DNA from: Dickeya solani IPO 2222
Lineage (GTDB): Bacteria > Pseudomonadota > Gammaproteobacteria > Enterobacterales > Enterobacteriaceae
Assembly: GCF_001644705.1 (NCBI RefSeq)
Contig: NZ_CP015137.1
Coordinates: 2,070,001 to 2,102,000, forward strand
Direction of reading: 5' to 3'
DNA: 32,000 nucleotides
This document shows, piece by piece, positions 14,689-24,552 of this stretch; position 1 is the stretch's first letter, and each line of letters begins with the position of its first letter. Under the pieces are notes generated by a model. That model was given only the letters and a program-made list of their open reading frames with translations. It was not told where the DNA came from and made no database searches. A program made the position numbers and the translations under genes.

Positions 14689-14932
14689 ACGTTTCGTTGG
14701 CGTAATAAAAGGGAGATTTTAAGTTATTAAAACCAATAAAAAATGCCTTTCCGGAAGCAATAGGGGGGCCGCAACGCGCCTGACAAGACAGGGTTATTGC
14801 CGGATTTTCCGTATCTGTTTCACATCCGTTGAACCGAACGAAGGTCTTTGTCCCGTTCGCCTTTCAGCTCCACTCTGTGAAAGGACAGCAAAGACGTATG
14901 AAAGCGAGGATACCTCGGTAATGAGCGGCAAA

Positions 14933-14962
14933 GCGGGTGAGTGCTTACAGAATCTCACCCGC
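14933..14962 (-). terminator. Candidate kup terminator hairpin
   Basis: GCGGGTGAG-12 nt-CTCACCCGC forms a 9-bp stem, 24 nt after the kup stop on the minus strand. The following tract is only TTTGCC, so the U-run is weak. Confidence 0.4.
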
Positions 14963-14985
14963 GTAACCTGGCGAGAAGTCAGGCG

Positions 14986-16854
14986 TTAGATTTCTACCTG
15001 AATCCCGAGTTCGATCAGCCGGTTCGGTGGGATTTCGAACTGGTCCGCCGCACGCAGCGCATTGCGGCTCAGCATCATGAACAGTTTGCCGCGAACACGC
15101 AGATACCAGGGTCGATTGCCCATCATCAGCGATTCGTTCGACAGGAAGAACGTGGTCTCCATCATCTGACAGGTCAAGCCATCCTGCCAGCAACGGTGGA
15201 AAACCTCTTCCACATTGGGGGTTTCACGCCAGCCATAACTGGCGACAACGCGCCAGAAGGTCGGAGAAAGCTGTTCCACCGAAACACGCCGGGCGTTATG
15301 CACATAAGGCGCGTCTTCCGTTCTCATGGTCAGCAGCACCACGCGCTCATGCAATACCTTGTTGTGCTTGAGATTGTGCAGCAACGCAAACGGAATCACG
15401 TGCGTGGCGCGTGAAAGATAGACCGCGGTACCGGTCACCCGCACCGGCGGGCTCTTCTCCAGCGAAGCAATCATCGCGTCCAGCGAATTGCCATGCTCAT
15501 GGATACGGCGCAGCAGCCGAAAGCGTTCGCTTTTCCAGGTGGTCATGATGGTAAACATCACCATCCCCAGCGCCAGCGGCAACCAGCCGCCGGAAATAAT
15601 CTTCACCACGTTGGCCAGGAACATCGGCAGGTCGATAGCCAGCAGCGCCACCAGTAGCAACCAGACCAGGTAGCGATACCAGTGCCAGTTTTTCACCGCC
15701 ACCGTACAGGACAGAATGCTAGTCAGCACCATGGTGCCGGTCACCGCAATACCGTAGGCGGCAGCCAGATTGCTGGAATGTTCAAAGCTGACAATAACGA
15801 TTACCACCGCCACGTACAGTAGCCAGTTGATAAACGGAATATAAATCTGCCCGGATTCCATATCCGAAGTATGCACGATGCGCATCGGCGGCAGATACCC
15901 CAGGCGCACCGCCTGTCGGGTTAGCGAAAACACCCCGGAAATCACCGCCTGAGACGCGATGATGGTCGCCAGCGTCGCCAGCACCAGCAGCGGAATCAGC
16001 GCCCAGTCCGGCGCCAGGAGGAAGAACGGGTTTTTGATGGCCTCGGGATTTTTCAGCAACAACGCCCCCTGACCAAAGTAGTTGAGCACCAGCGACGGCA
16101 ACACCGCGGAAAACCAGGCGATGCGAATGGGCAGCTTGCCAAAGTGCCCCATGTCGGCGTACAGCGCTTCCACCCCGGTGATCGCCAGCACTACCGCCCC
16201 TAGCGCAAAGAAGGACACCGCTTTGTACTGAATAAAGAAGTTGATGGCCCATTTGGGATTCAGCGCCTGCAACACTTCCGGATTGGCGATGATACTGCGC
16301 GCGCCCAGCACCCCGAGCGACAGAAACCACAACATCATGATCGGCGCAAACAGGCTACCCACTCGGCCGGTGCCGTGTTTCTGAATCATGAACAGCAGCG
16401 TCAGCACCACAATCGAGATCGGGACAATGTAGGTATCCAGCGACGGCGCGACGATATCCAGCCCTTCAATCGCCGACATCACCGAGATAGCCGGGGTGAT
16501 CACCACCTCGCCATAGAAAAAGCTGCCGCCAATCAATCCCATGATCACGACCATAGCGGTCAGTTTATCGGACGTGTTGCGCCCGGCCAGCGACATCAGC
16601 GTCAGGATGCCGCCTTCGCCGGCGTTATCGGCGCGCATGACATAGCTCAGATACTTAAGGGATACCACCAGCACCAGCAGCCAGAATATCAGGGAGAGAA
16701 AGCCAAAGACGGAATCGGGTTCAACCCCAAAACCAAACTGTCCGGAAAGGCACTCCCTGAGCGTATAAAGCGGGCTGGTGCCAATGTCGCCATACACCAC
16801 CCCGATGGCAGCCAGCGTGATCGCCGGAAGTGAACGTTTATGTTCTGAATTCAT
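14986..16854 (-). CDS. kup: Low-affinity K+ uptake protein Kup (TrkD), 622 aa
   Basis: [46 protein letters not shown]... carries the KUP family signature and has the same length as the E. coli protein. Confidence 0.95.
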   Translation of the reverse strand: MNSEHKRSLPAITLAAIGVVYGDIGTSPLYTLRECLSGQFGFGVEPDSVFGFLSLIFWLLVLVVSLKYLSYVMRADNAGEGGILTLMSLAGRNTSDKLTAMVVIMGLIGGSFFYGEVVITPAISVMSAIEGLDIVAPSLDTYIVPISIVVLTLLFMIQKHGTGRVGSLFAPIMMLWFLSLGVLGARSIIANPEVLQALNPKWAINFFIQYKAVSFFALGAVVLAITGVEALYADMGHFGKLPIRIAWFSAVLPSLVLNYFGQGALLLKNPEAIKNPFFLLAPDWALIPLLVLATLATIIASQAVISGVFSLTRQAVRLGYLPPMRIVHTSDMESGQIYIPFINWLLYVAVVIVIVSFEHSSNLAAAYGIAVTGTMVLTSILSCTVAVKNWHWYRYLVWLLLVALLAIDLPMFLANVVKIISGGWLPLALGMVMFTIMTTWKSERFRLLRRIHEHGNSLDAMIASLEKSPPVRVTGTAVYLSRATHVIPFALLHNLKHNKVLHERVVLLTMRTEDAPYVHNARRVSVEQLSPTFWRVVASYGWRETPNVEEVFHRCWQDGLTCQMMETTFFLSNESLMMGNRPWYLRVRGKLFMMLSRNALRAADQFEIPPNRLIELGIQVEI

Positions 16855-17093
16855 AAACCCTGTCTTCTGTTATCAATTCATTAACAAATCGGGCCTTATT
16901 CTGGTTGGAGTAGCCCGAAAACGCACAGTATGCACAAATCACGTTAAAAACCCATTTTTAATATTACCTTCGTTCTGATTCAGGACAGGCGCCTTGGTTG
17001 ATTAACACCGGTAATGGTGACAATAATTAATGTATGGCTAATGAAGAAAACGTAATCTTCCCGACGGCGATTCACAGCAATGACGGATCTATC

Positions 17094-18590
17094 ATGATAA
17101 AACCCACAGCGCTGGCCGACCGTATCTCTCGCCTGAGCCATGCTCTCGAACACGGTCTTTATGAACGGCAACACGCCATCCGACTTTGCCTGCTGGCGGC
17201 GCTCAGCGGTGAAAGCGTCTTCCTGCTGGGGCCGCCGGGGATTGCCAAAAGCCTGATTGCCCGCCGCCTGAAATACGCCTTCCGACATGCACGCGCCTTT
17301 GAATACCTGATGACGCGTTTTTCAACGCCGGAAGAGGTTTTCGGCCCGCTATCCATCCAGGCTCTGAAAGACGAAGGGCGTTATCAGCGCCTGACGACCG
17401 GCTACCTGCCGGAAGCAGAAATTGTCTTTCTGGATGAAATCTGGAAAGCCGGCCCCGCCATCCTCAACACCCTGCTGACCGCCATCAACGAGCGACGTTT
17501 TCGCAACGGTAACAGTGAAGAACCGATCCCGATGCGGCTACTGGTCACCGCGTCTAACGAACTGCCGGAAGCCGACAGCAGTCTGGAAGCCTTGTATGAC
17601 CGTATGCTGATCCGTATCTGGCTGGACCGGGTACAGGACAAACACAATTTTCGCGCCATGCTCACCGCTTCGCCCGGCGAGCAGGACAACCTGGTCAGCC
17701 CGGCATTGAGCGTCAGCGACGAAGAGTACCAACAGTGGCAGTCTCATATCGATCATATACCGTTGCCGGAAAATTGCTTCGAACTGATTTATCAGCTGCG
17801 CCAGCGTCTGGACTCCCAGGACGGCTCGCCATACGTTTCCGATCGCCGCTGGAAAAAAGCCATCCGCCTATTGCAGGCCTGCGCCTTCTTCAGCGGGCGG
17901 GAAACCATTACCCCGGTAGACCTGATCCTGCTCAAGGATTGCCTGTGGCATGACCTTGGCACCCATGATCTGGTGGAGCAGCAATTACAGCAGTTGATGG
18001 GCGAGCAGGCCTATCAGCAGCGAGCATTGCTCTACCGGTTGCAGCAGTTGAATGTGAAACGCCAGCAATACCAGCAACAGCAGAGCGAGCAGCAGGCCTT
18101 CAGGGTCGAACGTCAGGTCAGCTTTTTCGGCCGCAAACCGCATCACACGCTGCCGGAAAGCCTGACATCCGTCGAATTGACGCTGATGCTGCAAAAACCG
18201 CTGTTGCTCAACGATTACACCGTAACCCACGTAGTGATCGACCGGGAAGCGCTGGCGGGATGGCTGCAGAAAGGCGGCGAAATACGCGGTAAGCTCAACG
18301 GCGTCGGTTTTAGCCAGCGTCTGGATATGGAAGTGGATGAGCGCCAGCATCTGATCATCCGCGATATCAGTTTGCAAGACGCCGTATTGTCTTTGCCGGG
18401 CATGATCAAAGGCGAACTGCCGGAAGAGATGCTTCAGGAATATGAAACGCTGAAAATTCAGTTACGTGAACAACGTCGATTGTTCGAACGTCATCAGCCT
18501 TGTCTGTTTGTGCCCAAAGAATGGCTCGGCAGGATTGAAGAAAGCCTGCAGCAGGTCGATGAACAAATAGAGCAATCACAACGGGAGTAA
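17094..18590 (+). CDS. ravA: MoxR-family AAA+ ATPase RavA
   Basis: [60 protein letters not shown]... aligns to E. coli RavA from this Met and has Walker A GPPGIAKS. The track ORF begins 20 codons upstream at 17034, with no homology and no Shine-Dalgarno. Confidence 0.9.
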   Translation: MIKPTALADRISRLSHALEHGLYERQHAIRLCLLAALSGESVFLLGPPGIAKSLIARRLKYAFRHARAFEYLMTRFSTPEEVFGPLSIQALKDEGRYQRLTTGYLPEAEIVFLDEIWKAGPAILNTLLTAINERRFRNGNSEEPIPMRLLVTASNELPEADSSLEALYDRMLIRIWLDRVQDKHNFRAMLTASPGEQDNLVSPALSVSDEEYQQWQSHIDHIPLPENCFELIYQLRQRLDSQDGSPYVSDRRWKKAIRLLQACAFFSGRETITPVDLILLKDCLWHDLGTHDLVEQQLQQLMGEQAYQQRALLYRLQQLNVKRQQYQQQQSEQQAFRVERQVSFFGRKPHHTLPESLTSVELTLMLQKPLLLNDYTVTHVVIDREALAGWLQKGGEIRGKLNGVGFSQRLDMEVDERQHLIIRDISLQDAVLSLPGMIKGELPEEMLQEYETLKIQLREQRRLFERHQPCLFVPKEWLGRIEESLQQVDEQIEQSQRE

Positions 18591-18595
18591 CGATC

Positions 18596-20071
18596 ATGCT
18601 GACGCTGGAATCCCTGGAGATGCTGTTGTCCATCGATGAAAACGATCTGCTGGATGACGTGATTATCACCCTGATGGCAACGCCTCAGTTGATGATGTTC
18701 TTCGACAAATACCCGCGTCTGAAAGCCGCCGTCATGCGTGATTTGCCTGAGTGGAAGGAAAACCTCCGGCAACGGCTGCGTAATACCCAGGCGCCGCCCG
18801 AACTGGAGCAAGAGTTCACCTGCTACCAACAAACCCAGTTGGTCAGCGATCACACCTTTCAGTCCAACCTGCCGGACATCATGTCCACCTTACATAATGT
18901 GGATTCTCCCTTCCTGAATCAGGCAGAAAAGCTGGTTCATTCCGCCTCGCATTCGCCGGAATTACACATCAGCAGCAGTCAGCACAGCCTGTTTATGCAG
19001 CGCTGGCGCCTTAGCCTTACGCTGCAAACCCTGAACCTGCATCAGCAAATCATGGAGCAGGAGCGAGATCAGTTGCTGGACGAGATCCAAAAACGCCTGA
19101 CCATCAGCGGCGCGCTTGAACCCATTCTGGCCGACAACGATACCGCCGCCGGAAGACTGTGGGATCTCAGCGCCAGCAAACGTATGAAGCAGCCATTTAA
19201 TGCGTTACTGGAAGTTGGCGCCTTTTTGCGGCAACAGCCGGAACTGCAGCGCCTGGCGGAACGTCTCGGCCGTAGCCGGGAGACCAAATCGGTCCTCAGC
19301 CAGGATGCCCCCAAAGAAGCTTTTCAGATCATGGTGCGTGAACCGGCTTTTGCGCCGGAGCAGGTCAGCGGCATCCACCAGAGCGACGATATTCTGCGCT
19401 TGCTGCCCACCGAGCTTTCCACCCTTGGCATCAGTGAGCTGGAATTTGAGTTTTACCGCCGTCTGTCGGAGCACCGGTTACTGACTTACCGGCTGCAAGG
19501 GGAGAACTGGCGGGAAAAGACGCTGGAGCGGCCAGTCGTCCATCAGCATAACGAGCAGCAGCCACGCGGGCCGTTTATCGTTTGTGTGGATACTTCCGGT
19601 TCAATGGGCGGGTTTAACGAACGCTGCGCCAAAGCCTTCTGTCTGGCGCTGATGCGGATTGCGCTGGCGGACAACCGCCGCTGCTACATCATGCTGTTTT
19701 CCACCGGCATCGTCAGTTACGACCTGACGTCGGAAAGCGGGCTGGAGGAAGCGATCCGCTTTCTCAATCAGACCTTTCGGGGCGGCACTGACCTGAGTAG
19801 TTGTCTGTCGGCATTGCTGGAAAAAATGGACAGCCAGTCCTGGCAGGATGCCGATGCCGTCATTATTTCGGACTTTATCGCCCAACGTCTGCCGGACGAG
19901 CTGGTCAATGAAGTCAAACGCCGCCAGCATCGGCTGCAGCACCGTTTTCATGCGGTCGCCATGTCAGCGCACGGCAAGCCCGGTATTCTGCGCATCTTCG
20001 ATCATATCTGGCGCTTTGACACCGGATTGAAAAGCCGTCTATTGCGTCGCTTTCAGTACGAAAAAGTCTGA
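18596..20071 (+). CDS. viaA: VWA-domain protein ViaA (RavA partner)
   Basis: [19 protein letters not shown]...[35 protein letters not shown]... contains a VWA MIDAS motif (DxSxS) and is collinear with E. coli ViaA. It starts 5 nt after the ravA stop. Confidence 0.9.
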   Translation: MLTLESLEMLLSIDENDLLDDVIITLMATPQLMMFFDKYPRLKAAVMRDLPEWKENLRQRLRNTQAPPELEQEFTCYQQTQLVSDHTFQSNLPDIMSTLHNVDSPFLNQAEKLVHSASHSPELHISSSQHSLFMQRWRLSLTLQTLNLHQQIMEQERDQLLDEIQKRLTISGALEPILADNDTAAGRLWDLSASKRMKQPFNALLEVGAFLRQQPELQRLAERLGRSRETKSVLSQDAPKEAFQIMVREPAFAPEQVSGIHQSDDILRLLPTELSTLGISELEFEFYRRLSEHRLLTYRLQGENWREKTLERPVVHQHNEQQPRGPFIVCVDTSGSMGGFNERCAKAFCLALMRIALADNRRCYIMLFSTGIVSYDLTSESGLEEAIRFLNQTFRGGTDLSSCLSALLEKMDSQSWQDADAVIISDFIAQRLPDELVNEVKRRQHRLQHRFHAVAMSAHGKPGILRIFDHIWRFDTGLKSRLLRRFQYEKV

Positions 20072-20217
20072 TAACCCAAACTCTCTGTTCTTCTTACAAC
20101 AGTTCTTCTTATATAGAGCTTTAATCGCGCTTTCCTGAACAACCCGCCGGTTTGGTCGTTGATTCATTCGGCAATAATCAGTAAAACGCTTCAGACAGTT
20201 CTTCACGGAGCAGCACC

Positions 20218-20682
20218 ATGGCAGCAGACACCTACACAATGGACGAACTCGATCGCGGCATCCTCAATGCGTTGATGGAGAATGCTCGCACGCCTTACGC
20301 CGAACTGGCCAAACAGTTCTCCGTCAGCCCCGGCACCGTCCATGTCCGGGTGGAAAAGATGAAGCAGGCTGGCATCATCGTGGGAACGCGCCTGGACGTG
20401 AACCCCAAACAGCTGGGGTATGACGTCTGTTGCTTCATCGGCATCATCCTGAAAAGCGCCAAGGACTATCCGTCCGCGGTGGAGAAGCTCAGCAATCTGG
20501 AAGAAGTGGTGGAGGCGTATTACACCACCGGGCATTACAGCATCTTCATCAAGGTGATGTGCCGTTCCATTGACGCGCTGCAACATGTACTTATCAACAA
20601 GATTCAGACAATTGATGAAATTCAGTCCACTGAAACCCTGATCTCCCTGCAAAACCCGATTATGCGTACCATCGTGCCTTAA
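20218..20682 (+). CDS. asnC: AsnC-family (Lrp-like) transcriptional regulator AsnC
   Basis: ..LDRGILNALMENARTPYAELAKQFSVSPGTVHVRVEKMKQAGII.G.R.DV.PKQLGYDV.CFIGIILKSAKDYPSA...STETLISLQNPIMRTI.P is near-identical to E. coli AsnC. A GGAG Shine-Dalgarno lies 8 nt upstream. Confidence 0.93.
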   Translation: MAADTYTMDELDRGILNALMENARTPYAELAKQFSVSPGTVHVRVEKMKQAGIIVGTRLDVNPKQLGYDVCCFIGIILKSAKDYPSAVEKLSNLEEVVEAYYTTGHYSIFIKVMCRSIDALQHVLINKIQTIDEIQSTETLISLQNPIMRTIVP

Positions 20683-20703
20683 GGCTTTTTTACTATCCCC
20701 CTA

Positions 20704-20743
20704 TTATCCACAGGTAGATCCCACCAAGATCACAGCGTACAAT
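20704..20743 (+). promoter_or_regulatory. mioC promoter region with a consensus DnaA box
   Basis: TTATCCACA lies at 20704-20712, followed by two GATC sites and a TACAAT -10-like hexamer at 20738-20743, 30 bp before the mioC ATG. A DnaA-repressed mioC promoter is known in E. coli. Confidence 0.6.
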
Positions 20744-20772
20744 GTGCGTCGTTCAATCAGGCGGGATCACGT

Positions 20773-21216
20773 ATGACAAACATTACCCTCATCAGCGGCA
20801 GCACCCTTGGCAGCGCCGAGTACGTTACCGAGCACCTGGAATCACTGCTGCAACAAAACGATTTCACGACCACGCTGCTGCATGGCCCGAAACTGGATGA
20901 GGTCACGCCTGAAAACCTGTGGCTGGTGGTGACATCCACCCACGGCGCAGGAGATCTGCCAGATAACCTGCAACCGTTTTATGACGATCTGCAAACGAAA
21001 CGGCCCGATTTGTCCGCGGTTCGCTATGGCGCGATCGGGATCGGCAGCAGCGAGTACGACACCTTCTGCGGCGCGATCGTCAAAGTGGATCAATTACTGC
21101 AGGATCTTGGCGCCCGTCGGATCGGCGATATGCTGAGGATCGACATTACCCAGCACGATATTCCGGAAGATCCCGCGGAAGCTTGGCTGGGATCATGGGT
21201 AAATTTACTCAAATAA
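20773..21216 (+). CDS. mioC: Flavodoxin-like FMN protein MioC
   Basis: MTNITLISGSTLGSAEYVTEHL...STHGAGDLPDNLQPFY...DIPEDPAEAWLGSWVNLLK is collinear with E. coli MioC (147 aa). Confidence 0.93.
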   Translation: MTNITLISGSTLGSAEYVTEHLESLLQQNDFTTTLLHGPKLDEVTPENLWLVVTSTHGAGDLPDNLQPFYDDLQTKRPDLSAVRYGAIGIGSSEYDTFCGAIVKVDQLLQDLGARRIGDMLRIDITQHDIPEDPAEAWLGSWVNLLK

Positions 21217-21238
21217 ATTTATTTTTTACATCTTTATC

Positions 21239-21247
21239 TGTGGATAA
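21239..21247. promoter_or_regulatory. DnaA box R4-equivalent (TGTGGATAA = TTATCCACA on the other strand)
   Basis: This is an exact consensus 9-mer, 22 bp after the mioC stop. Confidence 0.8.
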
Positions 21248-21277
21248 ATAGCTTTAAATGCAGGGTAAAACCCGTAG

Positions 21278-21286
21278 TTATCCAGA
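21278..21286. promoter_or_regulatory. DnaA box R3-equivalent (TTATCCAGA)
   Basis: It has one mismatch to consensus. Its position and orientation correspond to E. coli R3 (TTATCCAAA). Confidence 0.6.
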
Positions 21287-21312
21287 TAATAACTCCAGAT
21301 GCTTTTTTGAGC

Positions 21313-21321
21313 TGTGCATAA
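21313..21321. promoter_or_regulatory. DnaA box R2-equivalent (TGTGCATAA = TTATGCACA)
   Basis: It has one mismatch to consensus. Its position and orientation correspond to E. coli R2 (TTATACACA). Confidence 0.6.
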
Positions 21322-21418
21322 CTACCCTTTCAGATCCCAGCTAATACAGACTGGGATCACCGATCATTCACAGCTAGTGATCGGTAATAACCCATTGATC
21401 TTCTTTTCGGATCCCGCC

Positions 21419-21427
21419 TTATCCACA
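21419..21427. promoter_or_regulatory. DnaA box R1-equivalent (TTATCCACA)
   Basis: This is an exact consensus 9-mer, 13 bp from the right 13-mer. Confidence 0.8.
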
Positions 21428-21440
21428 ACCAACTGGGATC

Positions 21441-21482
21441 CTAATAAGAGATCTAATAAAGAGATCTTTAAATAAAAAGATC
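21441..21482. repeat. DNA-unwinding element: three AT-rich 13-mers
   Basis: On the reverse strand these read GATCTCTTATTAG (21453-21441, identical to the E. coli R 13-mer), GATCTCTTTATTA (21466-21454) and GATCTTTTTATTT (21482-21470). All fit GATCTnTTnTTTT-type repeats. Confidence 0.85.
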
Positions 21483-21512
21483 TTTCTTTAACTACCCGAC
21501 GATCCAACAGAC

Positions 21513-21541
21513 TTGGTCCACGGCACAAACTTAAGTAGAAT
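21513..21541 (+). promoter_or_regulatory. Candidate mnmG (gidA) promoter
   Basis: TTGGTC, a 17-nt spacer, then TAGAAT, ending 53 bp upstream of the mnmG ATG. This is a hexamer match only. Confidence 0.4.
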
Positions 21542-21594
21542 CCCCCACCCCAGGGCAAGTAACGATCGTTCGCAACCACGCGAGGTGTAGCACC

Positions 21595-23484
21595 ATGTTT
21601 TATCCGGATCCTTTTGACGTCATCGTGATCGGTGGCGGTCATGCGGGCACAGAAGCCGCCATGGCCTCAGCCCGAATGGGACGTCAAACCCTCTTACTGA
21701 CGCACAATATTGATACGCTGGGCCAGATGTCCTGCAACCCGGCGATCGGCGGTATCGGGAAAGGCCATCTGGTAAAAGAGATCGACGCTATGGGCGGCTT
21801 GATGGCGCGTGCCATCGATCGTGCAGGTATTCAGTTTAGGATACTAAACTCCAGCAAAGGCCCGGCGGTGCGAGCCACACGCGCCCAGGCAGATCGGGTA
21901 CTGTACCGTCAGGCGGTACGCACCGCACTGGAGAACCAGCCTAACCTGACGCTCTTCCAGCAGGCGGTGGAAGATCTGATTGTGGAAAACGATCGTGTGG
22001 TCGGCGCGGTTACCCAAATGGGGCTTAAATTCCGCGCCAAAGCCGTGGTGCTGACCGTTGGTACCTTCCTGGACGGCAAGATCCATATTGGCCTAGATAA
22101 CTACAGCGGCGGGCGCGCAGGCGATCCGCCTTCCATTTCTTTGTCGCACCGTTTGCGCGAGTTACCGCTACGCGTCGGCCGCCTGAAAACCGGCACACCG
22201 CCGCGTATCGATGCCCGCACTATCGATTTCAGCGTTCTGACGCCGCAGCATGGTGACGATCCTATGCCAGTCTTCTCCTTCCTGGGCAAAGGCAGCGAAC
22301 ATCCGGCACAAATGCCGTGCTACATCACCCACACCAATGAACGCACCCACGACGTGATCCGCAGCAATCTGGATCGCAGTCCGATGTATGCCGGGGTGAT
22401 CGAAGGGATCGGCCCCCGCTATTGCCCGTCTATCGAAGACAAGGTGATGCGGTTTGCCGATCGTAACGCGCACCAGATTTTCCTGGAACCGGAAGGGCTG
22501 ACCAGTAACGAAATTTACCCGAACGGCATCTCCACCAGTCTGCCGTTCGATGTGCAGTGGCAAATCGTTCGTTCTATGGACGGCATGGAGAACGCACGTA
22601 TCGTTCGGCCGGGTTATGCCATCGAGTACGATTATTTTGACCCGCGTGACTTGAAACCAACGCTGGAAAGCAAGTTTATCCACAATCTGTTTTTTGCCGG
22701 GCAGATCAACGGCACCACCGGTTACGAAGAAGCAGCGGCGCAAGGGATGCTGGCGGGATTGAATGCCGCCCGTCTGGCGTTTGATCAGGAAGGCTGGACA
22801 CCGCGCCGCGATCAGGCCTATCTCGGTGTGTTGGTGGACGATCTTTGCACGCTGGGGACGAAGGAACCTTATCGCATGTTTACCTCCCGCGCCGAATACC
22901 GGCTGATGTTGCGCGAGGATAATGCCGATCTGCGCCTGACCGCGATGGGCCGCGAATTGGGCATGGTGGATGACGAACGCTGGGCGCGTTTTAACGAGAA
23001 GCTGGAAAATATCGAGAAAGAGCGCCAGCGTCTGCGTGACGTGCTGGTCCACCCACAGACTGAAGGCGTAGAGCAGATCAACAGCCTGCTGAAATCGCCG
23101 CTATCGCGTGAGGCTAATGGCGAAGAACTGTTAAGACGCCCGGAAATGGATTACGCGCAGCTGACCGGGTTAGCGATGTTCGCGCCGGCGTTGAGTGACG
23201 CCGAGGCGGCCGAACAAGTGGAAATTCAGGTCAAATACGAAGGCTATATCGCCCGCCAGCAAGATGAGATCGAAAAGCAGCTGCGCAATGAAAACACGTT
23301 GTTGCCGGCGGATCTGGATTACCGTCAGGTGACCGGGCTGTCAAACGAGGTGATTGCCAAGCTTAACGATCACAAACCGGGATCGATTGGCCAGGCATCG
23401 CGTATTTCCGGCGTCACGCCCGCCGCCATCTCGATTCTGCTGGTCTGGCTGAAAAAACAGGGTATGCTGCGCCGCAGCGCCTGA
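21595..23484 (+). CDS. mnmG: tRNA uridine 5-carboxymethylaminomethyl modification enzyme MnmG (GidA)
   Basis: [65 protein letters not shown]... is 629 aa with an FAD-binding GxGxxG. A GAGGTG Shine-Dalgarno lies upstream. Confidence 0.97.
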   Translation: MFYPDPFDVIVIGGGHAGTEAAMASARMGRQTLLLTHNIDTLGQMSCNPAIGGIGKGHLVKEIDAMGGLMARAIDRAGIQFRILNSSKGPAVRATRAQADRVLYRQAVRTALENQPNLTLFQQAVEDLIVENDRVVGAVTQMGLKFRAKAVVLTVGTFLDGKIHIGLDNYSGGRAGDPPSISLSHRLRELPLRVGRLKTGTPPRIDARTIDFSVLTPQHGDDPMPVFSFLGKGSEHPAQMPCYITHTNERTHDVIRSNLDRSPMYAGVIEGIGPRYCPSIEDKVMRFADRNAHQIFLEPEGLTSNEIYPNGISTSLPFDVQWQIVRSMDGMENARIVRPGYAIEYDYFDPRDLKPTLESKFIHNLFFAGQINGTTGYEEAAAQGMLAGLNAARLAFDQEGWTPRRDQAYLGVLVDDLCTLGTKEPYRMFTSRAEYRLMLREDNADLRLTAMGRELGMVDDERWARFNEKLENIEKERQRLRDVLVHPQTEGVEQINSLLKSPLSREANGEELLRRPEMDYAQLTGLAMFAPALSDAEAAEQVEIQVKYEGYIARQQDEIEKQLRNENTLLPADLDYRQVTGLSNEVIAKLNDHKPGSIGQASRISGVTPAAISILLVWLKKQGMLRRSA

Positions 23485-23560
23485 TAAACGCTACCGCTTA
23501 CGTTGACACATGGCCGCTTTTCGCGGCCATGTTGCATTAACCGACAATCAGGATTCATTC

Positions 23561-24181
23561 GTGCTCGATACACTCAACAGCCTGCTGCAGCGCGCCGGAA
23601 TAGCGCTGACCGATCGGCAGAAAGACCAGTTGCTTCAGTATGTGGCGTTACTCCACAAGTGGAACAAAGCGTATAACCTGACATCGGTACGCGAACCCGA
23701 GCAGATGCTGGTTCGCCATATCATGGATAGCCTGGTGGTTGAGCCGCATCTGGTTGGAAGCCGTTTTATCGATGTCGGCACCGGCCCTGGACTGCCCGGC
23801 GTGCCGTTGGCTATCGCCCGTCCGAATGCGCATTTTGTTCTGCTGGATAGTCTGGGAAAACGGGTTCGTTTCCTGCGTCAGGTTCAGCATGAACTGAATC
23901 TGGGCAATATCGAACCTGTGCAGAGCCGGGTGGAGGATTTTCCGGCAGAACCGCCGTTTGACGGCGTGATCAGCCGAGCCTTCGCGTCGCTACAGGATAT
24001 GGTGAATTGGTGCCATCATTTGCCATCGCATCAACAAGGGCGCTTTTATGCTCTGAAAGGCATTGTTCCGCATGAAGAGATGGGATTGCTGCCGCATGGT
24101 GTGACGGTTGAGAAAGTGGTTCCTCTGGCCGTTCCCGAACTGGAAGGAGAGCGGCATCTGGTGGTGCTTAAGCCCAACTAA
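23561..24181 (+). CDS. rsmG: 16S rRNA m7G527 methyltransferase RsmG (GidB)
   Basis: Homology to E. coli RsmG starts at [44 protein letters not shown].., and the SAM motif is [11 protein letters not shown] prefer the GTG at 23561, which has an AGGA Shine-Dalgarno 7 nt upstream. The upstream ATG at 23510 adds 17 non-homologous residues. Confidence 0.8.
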   Translation: MLDTLNSLLQRAGIALTDRQKDQLLQYVALLHKWNKAYNLTSVREPEQMLVRHIMDSLVVEPHLVGSRFIDVGTGPGLPGVPLAIARPNAHFVLLDSLGKRVRFLRQVQHELNLGNIEPVQSRVEDFPAEPPFDGVISRAFASLQDMVNWCHHLPSHQQGRFYALKGIVPHEEMGLLPHGVTVEKVVPLAVPELEGERHLVVLKPN

Positions 24182-24552
24182 TTTTGTCATTTATCAAAAA
24201 AATCATGAATAGTTGTAAGATTCTCAGGCTGATAGCTAAAAATGAAATAATGACCTGAGTAATCTTCTGCATTCACCGAAATTTTACAACTCTGCTGTAT
24301 AACCTTTGATCGCAGGGGAAGAAAATCGATCTGGTAGCACAATGCTTTCATAATTCTAAAGGGATTTGATGACAAAACGGTGTTAAAAACATGAGAAAAA
24401 AATATCCTGCTTGTCAATAGATGGTTTTGAGGCTGTATTCGTGCTGTTTTGTGAATGTTCTTTTTTAACTTATTGAAATTAAAAAACATAAATGGCTTTT
24501 TTTGCTAAAGACAAAAAAAAAACAATTCAGATATAAAAGTATCAGTTCAATT

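Larger units (their letters stand above)
21235..21490. other. oriC: Chromosomal replication origin oriC (E. coli-type; DUE on the mnmG side, R4 on the mioC side)
   Basis: It lies between mioC and mnmG, as in E. coli. I count 12 GATC sites between 21330 and 21570. There are four R-type DnaA boxes and three 13-mers (listed separately). R1-to-R4 spacing is 180 bp. Confidence 0.9.

Noticed and set aside
14745-14760. An A-run followed by gcctTTCCGGAAgc, which looked like a possible terminator between kup and rbsD.
   Set aside because: TTCCGGAA is a loop-less palindrome, so a real hairpin would retain only 2-3 bp. It is not a credible intrinsic terminator.
17034-17093. N-terminal extensions offered by the ORF track for ravA (17034), mobA (1822), mobB (2378), yihD (1849), rbsA (14186), srkA (1469), atpI (24786) and rsmG (23510).
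   Set aside because: In each case homology to the E. coli protein begins at a downstream start codon. Several of the upstream starts are GTG or TTG without a Shine-Dalgarno, or they overlap the preceding gene. I used the shorter coordinates.
22168-23052. A 294-aa ORF antisense to mnmG.
   Set aside because: It is codon-aligned with mnmG (the remainder-1 register), giving the same shadow-ORF mechanism. The translated sequence has no recognisable domain.
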